Of a stretch of DNA of 64,000 nucleotides, positions 56,202 to 63,000 are shown piece after piece. The notes under the pieces were generated by a model that had not been told where the DNA came from, did not search any database, and saw only the letters and a program-made list of their open reading frames with translations. The stretch is from an uncultured Bacteroidales bacterium (GTDB lineage Bacteria; Bacteroidota; Bacteroidia; Bacteroidales; Bacteroidaceae). The stretch is taken from assembly GCA_902773055.1 (NCBI GenBank), contig CACYCZ010000078.1:9482-73481 (forward strand). The letters are read 5' to 3'. A program made the translations under genes and the position numbers. How positions within the stretch are numbered: position 1 is the stretch's first letter; each line of letters begins with the position of its first letter.

Positions 56202-56401
56202 ACTGACTCGTTATTTAAGTGTTGTGTAGTGTGGTGCAAAAATAATACATTTTATATACGGTGCAAAATATTTCAGCACTTTTTTCAAAAAATCCCGCTC
56301 CTGCCCCAAAAGGGAACCCGGCAAATAAAAAAATCATAAAAAAATGCACATTATTCGGCAACAGGCCTGCCGGAAGGGGGATTTATTTGACTATCTTTGC
56401 A

Positions 56402-56409
56402 TACAGATT
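56402..56409 (+). promoter_or_regulatory. -7 box TATCTTTG upstream of 56435
   Basis: It is an exact TAnnTTTG match 26 nt upstream of the ATG at 56435. Confidence 0.4.
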
Positions 56410-56434
56410 CATTAACCCTATCATCATAAACACA

Positions 56435-57382
56435 ATGACTACCGCAAACATGAAACTCGCCCTCCTGCTGGCAGGACTGCTGCCGCTGACGCTGCCGGCA
56501 CAGAAAACCTACTCCTACAACGGAACACCCGTCGACTTCTCTGATAACAGAGTGAAGGTCACCCCCATAGGGTCCCTTCAGCCTGAGGCCGTAACAGGCT
56601 TTCAGGGCATGGCCCTCTACGAGGACTGGCTCATCAGCCTTGAGCACTCCGGCGTGGCTACCGTCTACTCGCTCAAGGGCGAAAAGATGCAGCGCAAAGG
56701 CGCCCTGAAACTGGGTTCGTACAGCATGAGCAATCATTGCAACTCGGCTAATTTCGGCTACGCCAAGGCCCGGCAGGAGGACAAGCTGCCGCTGCTCTAT
56801 GTTTCGCGCACCAATACCGCAAGAACAGCCGACGGCCTGGACCGCATCGCCTATGTGGAACGGCTGGACCCTGTAGCCATGAAATCCGAACTGGTACAGC
56901 GCATATACCTCAACACTTCGCCTCAGACCATCACAGGCAACAGCACCTGGGCTATTGACAAGGAAAACGGACTGCTGGTATGCCTGACCAACACGGTACG
57001 CAACAAGGGGGTCGGCAACAGACACTGGATGCTGACTTTCCGCCTTCCCGAATATCGCGGACCGCAGGACAGCCTCGTCATCCTGACCCAGGCTGATGCC
57101 CTGGAGAACTACTGTCTGGAGGACTACTACAACAAACCCTTCTCGCCCATCATGCAGGGACTGAACGTCAAGGACGGCCTCCTGTTCATCCCCGTCGGTG
57201 TAGGCACCCCCAAGGAGCCCTCCATACTTTATGTCTGGAACATGGGCACCCACCGCATGCAGAACGAAATCAACCTGCAGGAAGCCATACCCTCTGAACT
57301 GGAGGACAGCGACTACCGTAACGGCAGCATATACCTGCAGACACAGAACATGGGCATACTGCGACTGGACTTCCTGAAATAA
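56435..57382 (+). CDS. Hypothetical secreted protein
   Basis: I chose the internal start MTTANMKLALLLAGLLPLTLPAQ (signal peptide) rather than the GTG start at 56261, which would cross the divergent promoter region. Confidence 0.5.
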   Translation: MTTANMKLALLLAGLLPLTLPAQKTYSYNGTPVDFSDNRVKVTPIGSLQPEAVTGFQGMALYEDWLISLEHSGVATVYSLKGEKMQRKGALKLGSYSMSNHCNSANFGYAKARQEDKLPLLYVSRTNTARTADGLDRIAYVERLDPVAMKSELVQRIYLNTSPQTITGNSTWAIDKENGLLVCLTNTVRNKGVGNRHWMLTFRLPEYRGPQDSLVILTQADALENYCLEDYYNKPFSPIMQGLNVKDGLLFIPVGVGTPKEPSILYVWNMGTHRMQNEINLQEAIPSELEDSDYRNGSIYLQTQNMGILRLDFLK

Positions 57383-57516
57383 AGGGTATATATCTGAAAA
57401 AAGCCGGTCTCACGACCGGGAGAAGGCCTCACAGCCACCCCCCTACTGAATAATACGGTATCCCCTGCGCAGCAGGGATACAGGTTGCCCAGCATGGCGA
57501 CACAAGACTATCGGTG

Positions 57517-57621
57517 TGCCCGATGCAACTATGTTCCGCATCGGTGAATGTATGTTCAGCAACGGCGAACGTATGTTTCACGATGCGGAATATACATCCT
57601 TCATCGGTGAACATAACATCT
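57517..57621. repeat. Dispersed 5 x 21-bp element, copy D
   Basis: The units are gcccgatgcaactatgttccg / catcggtgaatgtatgttcag / caacggcgaacgtatgtttca / cgatgcggaatatacatcctt / catcggtgaacataacatctc. Confidence 0.8.
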
Positions 57622-57719
57622 CCCGGGGAGAAATTTAATCTGCATCCCTGTCCTATATCTCCTCCAACGGGCTACGGCATTTTTAGGCCGCCCCCGCAAT
57701 GACAAAGAAAAAAAATCTG

Positions 57720-57727
57720 TATCTTTG
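57720..57727 (+). promoter_or_regulatory. -7 box TATCTTTG upstream of the SBP lipoprotein gene
   Basis: It is an exact TAnnTTTG match about 76 nt upstream of the ATG at 57803. Confidence 0.4.
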
Positions 57728-57802
57728 CCTGTTGATAACCACCGCTGTGGAACAACGGCAAACAGCCTCCACCCACGACAAAAAAACATTCAACCCGGAA
57801 AC

Positions 57803-58990
57803 ATGAAACTGAAAATAACCACGCCCCTGCTGCTCACTGTCGCCCTCGTCATACACGGGACAGTGGGTCTCACCTCATGCTCTTCAACCAAGGAGAAGTC
57901 TGCCGAGCAGGAACAGACAGCGGCCATTGCCGACAAGGTATGGACCTACAGCCTGAGCCACCCCGAAGGGTTTACCCTCGACATCCGCACCATGACAGAG
58001 CCGACAAACGGCATTGCCGCCAGCTATGCTGCCACACAAGACTGCCACGGACGTGACCAGCTCGGCAAGGTGGTCAGCCATGCCCTGAAAAACGACGGAT
58101 ATGTGGGCGGCTGGTATAACGGCAAGGACGGGCGCTATTATTTTGACAGTTCCAGGCTGTTTGCAGAAACCGACATAAGGAACGCCATACTGTTTGGAAG
58201 GCAAAACGGCCAGCGGTCGGTGTATATCCTTTCATCCCACACCGATGTTCCGCTGGACGGAACCGCCTGGAGGATTATCGACAGAGACACCCTGATTATC
58301 GGCACGACGGGCGACTACAGACCGCTGTCGTTCCGCGAACCGGAGGGTGACTACTGGGGATTTGGCATTGAGGTGGCACGCGAAATCGCTGCACGGCTCG
58401 GCGTGAAGACGAAGTTTGTCGGAACATCATGGCCGACACTGACCGCCGACGTCCTGGCAGAGCCTCAGAGGTTTGACCTCGCCATCGGAGGGATAACCAT
58501 CACCGATGCCCGCCGCGAGACGATGCTCATGAGCGAAGGCTATCTGGCCAACGGGAAAACCATCCTGTGCCGGGCCGAAGACGCCGGCCGCTATAAATCA
58601 CTGGCCGACGTCGACAAGCCGGGAGTGCGCATAATGGTGAATCCGGGAGGGCTGAACGAGAAGTTTGCCAACGACAACCTGACCCATGCCACCGTCACTG
58701 TCCACCCGAAAAACGAGGAAATCCCCTCACTCATTGCCGAAGGAGCAGCCGACATCATGATAACAGAAATAACAGAAGCACCATATTATGTGCAGACTGA
58801 CACCCGGCTCGCAGCACCCCTGCTAAAAGAACCATTTACACGGGGAGAAATCGGCATACTGATGCGAAAAGGACAGGAAGACCTGTTGCAGCTGGTAAAC
58901 AGCATCATCCGGCAGATGAAGCACAACGGCTCCCTGCAGCGACTGCATGAAAAATACGGACTCGTATACGCCTACGGAGAAACACCGTGA
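57803..58990 (+). CDS. Lipoprotein with an N-terminal unknown domain + family-3 solute-binding (amino-acid ABC / PBP2) domain
   Basis: The start is at MKLKITTPLLLTVALVIHGTVGLTSC (lipobox). The SBP_bac_3-like core is LIIGTTGDYRPLSF..GFGIEVAREIAARLGVK..WPTLTADV..FDLAIGGITIT..R. Confidence 0.65.
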   Translation: MKLKITTPLLLTVALVIHGTVGLTSCSSTKEKSAEQEQTAAIADKVWTYSLSHPEGFTLDIRTMTEPTNGIAASYAATQDCHGRDQLGKVVSHALKNDGYVGGWYNGKDGRYYFDSSRLFAETDIRNAILFGRQNGQRSVYILSSHTDVPLDGTAWRIIDRDTLIIGTTGDYRPLSFREPEGDYWGFGIEVAREIAARLGVKTKFVGTSWPTLTADVLAEPQRFDLAIGGITITDARRETMLMSEGYLANGKTILCRAEDAGRYKSLADVDKPGVRIMVNPGGLNEKFANDNLTHATVTVHPKNEEIPSLIAEGAADIMITEITEAPYYVQTDTRLAAPLLKEPFTRGEIGILMRKGQEDLLQLVNSIIRQMKHNGSLQRLHEKYGLVYAYGETP

Positions 58991-59015
58991 GGAAAACAAG
59001 AAAAACAAGACATTG

Positions 59016-59354
59016 ATGAACATCGAGGAATATCGCGAATATTGCCTCTCGCTGGGTGCCGACGTGGAAGAGAAACTGCCATTTACCGCCTTCAAGTATG
59101 CCAGCGGGGTACTGGTATTCTATGTCCACGGCCATATGTTCTCGTTCTTTGACTGCGACAAATTCTGTGTCATCACACTCAAATGTCAGGCAGACCGCAT
59201 CGAAGAACTGAAAGCGCAATACGACTGCATCGTAAAGCCTTTCAACATGTCGCCCAAGTACTGGATCGGCATTGATGTCCAAACCGCCCCCGACGACCTG
59301 CTGCGCCGACTGACCAGCAATTCCTACGAGATCGTAAAAGCACAATATCAGTGA
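59016..59354 (+). CDS. MmcQ/YjbR-family protein
   Basis: The start at MNIEEYREYCLSLGADVEEKLPF follows the family N-terminal pattern as I remember it. The 112-aa length fits. Confidence 0.65.
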   Translation: MNIEEYREYCLSLGADVEEKLPFTAFKYASGVLVFYVHGHMFSFFDCDKFCVITLKCQADRIEELKAQYDCIVKPFNMSPKYWIGIDVQTAPDDLLRRLTSNSYEIVKAQYQ

Positions 59355-59362
59355 GATGTGGG

Positions 59363-59417
59363 AAAAAATGCAAGACACTACCGAATGAAATCAGGAACAG
59401 GCAGTTTGCATTTTTTT
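59363..59417 (+). terminator. A/T-rich hairpin + T-run after the MmcQ-like gene
   Basis: AAAAAATGCAA (59363-73) pairs with TTGCATTTTTT (59405-15), with a 31-nt loop. Confidence 0.35.
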
Positions 59418-59427
59418 TGATATTCAA

Positions 59428-59587
59428 GATGCGTTACACCGTTACAGTGTTACAGTTAGAAAACAGGTAACCCCAAAATGTCAAAAGTGAATTCTATATA
59501 TTATAAATACGTATATTTATATATATAGGCCTTTTAGGGTACGCGAAAGACTTTGCAGGAACTGTAACACTGTAACGGTGTAACGCA
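59428..59587. repeat. 29-bp perfect inverted repeat flanking a 102-bp AT-rich spacer
   Basis: The left arm ATGCGTTACACCGTTACAGTGTTACAGTT (59428-56) is the exact reverse complement of 59559-87. Each arm holds three GTTACA hexamers at 8-bp spacing. Confidence 0.9.
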
Positions 59588-60082
59588 TGAAAAATTTTTG
59601 TTTCAAAAGAAAAAAGTTGCTCCGAAATTGAAAACCGCAACAAGGTCGCCCCTGTCTCCCATCGTCAATAAGAGAGGCTGATTTTGCGACGAAGCCATGT
59701 AACAATTGCGCCACCGCATCGTAGCAAAGTTTCCAAAGCCATGGAGCAATTTGCGAACTTCTATACAAACAGAAAAAGCACAGCATCAAACGGCGTGGAT
59801 GCCAAAGGCGACACGGACTTACCGCACACTCGAATGATGTAAGTGCTTCTTCGTCTGCAAAATTACAGAAAGTATCAGGGAAAGACAAGGATGAGACGAA
59901 GAAAATTATTAGCATGAGATGAAAATATAACTCCCGAACAGGAGGCACTTCTGCGCGGACACAATTTCCGCGAATATCCTACCATTCAGGAGTTATCTGC
60001 GGACAAAGTTAGTGAAACTTCCGCAAGTGAGCAAGAAAACACAGGGGAAAATGGCGGAAGTACGGATTTAGGGAATCACGGA

Positions 60083-63000
60083 ATGACGGAGTTACGGAAG
60101 CTGAAGGAACTCAAGGGCAAACAGACAGGCCGGACGGACCTGCTGCGGAGAATGGGACTGATAACCGTGCAGACGGACAAGGCCGTGAACGGCAAGATGG
60201 TGCAGCAGTTTACCCGTAAGCAGTTGGACGGGATGACGGAATCAGGGAAGGATGGATCTACGGAATCAGGGAAGGAAGGATCTACGGAATTAGGAAACGG
60301 CGAAAATAATACTGAGGCTGACGCTATGCCTATGGTGAAGGTGAACGGTAAGATGAAGCCTGACTACATGGCAGCTCCCGTGGAGCGGACACGCAGACAT
60401 ATCTATGAGGAGAAAGGTCTGAGCCGCGAGGAAGGCGATGCTTTCGTGCAAGCCAACATCGACGCTGCAAGCAAAGAACTGGAGAAGCGTGAGAAGAAGG
60501 CTCCGGTGATGGGAACAGACATTGACGACTATCTGGAAAAGAAACAGGCATGGCAGGCAGAAATGGATGGTCTGCAACGTCAGAAAGAATACTGGGAGAG
60601 CGTCAAGAAAGAACAGGACAAGACAACCGGCATGAACTTCTTTGCCGGCCAGGACAAAGTGTCTGCTGAAATGCAGGAAGCACAGAGGGATCTTGCCGGT
60701 GACACGGCTGCCATGGAGTTGCTGTCAGACACAGCTCCTCACACACTTGAGGAACTGGCGTCGGTGATGCTGAGTCAAGGCAAGAAGGGTGTCAAGCTGA
60801 TGCTCAACGATGAGACAGAGGATGGCAAGATAGTGAAGGGTGTCAGTTCGCATACAGGCTACTCCCGTGCTGATTTGGAGAAGATGCCATTCCTGTTTGC
60901 CACTCGTGCCAAAGGTGGCATGAGTCCTGAGGAGTTTGCTCACGAACTGCTGACGGCAGCCCGTGAAGAGGGTATTCCTTTTGACGAGTCGGATGCGAAT
61001 GCCGGTTTGACTGCAGTGCTTAACCTGCTGGGTGACGTCAGGAGTCAGAGTGACATCAACAACTACATCCAAAGCCACCGTATAGCAGAGGCGCGCAACA
61101 TACACGAAGCCAACCTGCGACAGGAAGCGGAATGGCAGGAACAGCAGCGGCTGGCAAAACAGGTTGCATCACGTCTCGGCATGAGCGAGGAGGAATGGGA
61201 TGCTTACATCAGTAGCATAGAGGCAGAACTGGCTGCACAGGATGCTTACTACGCCTCTGACGATTACAGGAACAACATAACACAAACAGATACAAATGAC
61301 AACGGAACAACAGGAACAGGCCCAGCTGCTGAAGGAGCAGGTGTTGAGGGAACTCAAGGGCAAGCAGACAGGCCGGACGGACCTGCTGCGCAGAATGGCA
61401 CAGAAGAAGGAAAAGAAATACCAGCCGATGACAGACGAGGAAGTGATGGAAGCTCTGCAGGACGAGAGCAGAGTGGTTTGGCGCAAGCCGAAGAAGTAGA
61501 CGAGAACGGACATCCATTCATTAAATCATCTGACGGAACAATTAATTTCGGTTACATTGGTGAGGACAGTGGACTGCAACCCGCTCCTATTAGATTAAGC
61601 GAGGGATTCCAAGACGCAGAAGGTAAAGGATATGGTCTTGCTCACATTGAAGCAAATCACGGCAAGCAAATAAGAGATGCTGGATTTGCTTCAGTAAAGG
61701 ACTTTGTCGCGTTTGTTGCACAAAACTATGACGAAGATAATATACGCGTCGGTAAACGTCGTGAAAATGGAAATACGACTTATCTGCTACAAGTTCAGGA
61801 TGAACATGATAACACCCTTTTTGTTGAGATGTCGCGTGATGGTTCATATTGGAATGTAAACAGTGCCGGTATCTTCAGAAAAGGCTATTCTAACAAAAAA
61901 GAAACGGTCACCAAGACCGAACCTCAGCAACCGAACAATGCCGTTCCGACAGACTCTTCGCTTTCTGTGAATGGGGAGAGCGGCATTACATCCACAGAAC
62001 CCAACGGTGAGTCAACCGTTTCCACTGGCAAAGTTAGTGAAACTTCTGAAACTGCGCAAGAAAACGCCGGGGAAAATAACGGATCTACGGAATCACGGAA
62101 GGATGGATCTACGGAATCAGGGAATGACGGAGCTACGGAGGCTGAGTTTGCCGGCAATCTTTTTGATGAGGTAAATGCTGCCATTGCCAAGGCGGAGTCG
62201 GAAGTGGACACCTCTCCTACCGACGCTCAGAAGGAAGCGGGCAACTACAGGAAAGGACACGTCAGGATAGACGGCTACGACATCACCATAGAGAACCCGA
62301 AGGGCAGCGAGCGCAGCGGCACCGATGCCAAGGGTAACAGATGGACGTCAAAGATGAACAACACCTACGGATACATCAGAGGCACCGAGGGCGTGGACGG
62401 CGACCATATAGACGTGTTCCTCTCGGATGATCCGACGACAGGTGACGTGTTTGTCGTTGACCAGGTGAATCCTGAGAACGGTGAGTTTGACGAGCATAAG
62501 GTGATGTACGGCTTCCCCGACATGGAGAGTGCGCGAAAAGCCTATCTGTCGAACTACTCCAAAGGATGGAAAGGCCTCGGAAACATCACTCCGGTAAGCA
62601 AGGAGGAGTTCAGGAAATGGATAGAGAGCAGTCACCGCAAGACGAAGCCGTTTGCCGAGTATAGCAGTGTGAAGCCGCTGGAAGAAGCTGCGGAGTCAGG
62701 GAATCACGCAACTACGGAGGCTGAGGATATTGTCAAGCTGTCGGACGAGGTGAAGGATGCTATGCGTGAATATTCTCAGGATATGTCCACAGAGAAATAT
62801 GTGGCATGGAAGGAGAAGGAGAGCCGTCTGCTGGCTGCTCTGGGCAGTCTGACGGATGATGAGTTGGACGGCTATGTAAAGAGCGAGAACGGCACGCTGC
62901 GCGATGCTGCACGCAAGGAGCAGGGCCGACGGATGACCATCCGCAACATAGACACGATGTTCAATGACGGCATCAAGGCGCAAGGCGACATCTCAGTGGA

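Noticed and set aside
59741-59842. 33-codon ORF (MEQFANFYTNRKSTASNGVDAKGDTDLPHTRMM) and the 143-aa minus ORF 59517..59948 in the gap before the giant ORF.
   Set aside because: They are too short or compositionally odd. The minus ORF runs through the AT-rich spacer and an arm of the inverted repeat. Nothing supports either one.
59355-59920. I searched for a tRNA or tmRNA gene as an integration target at the putative mobile-element boundary, and in the other long intergenic gaps (11775-12386, 31521-32124).
   Set aside because: I saw no cloverleaf-compatible sequence, no GTTCRANYC T-loop with matching acceptor stems, and no tmRNA or SRP hallmarks. A by-eye scan cannot fully exclude them.
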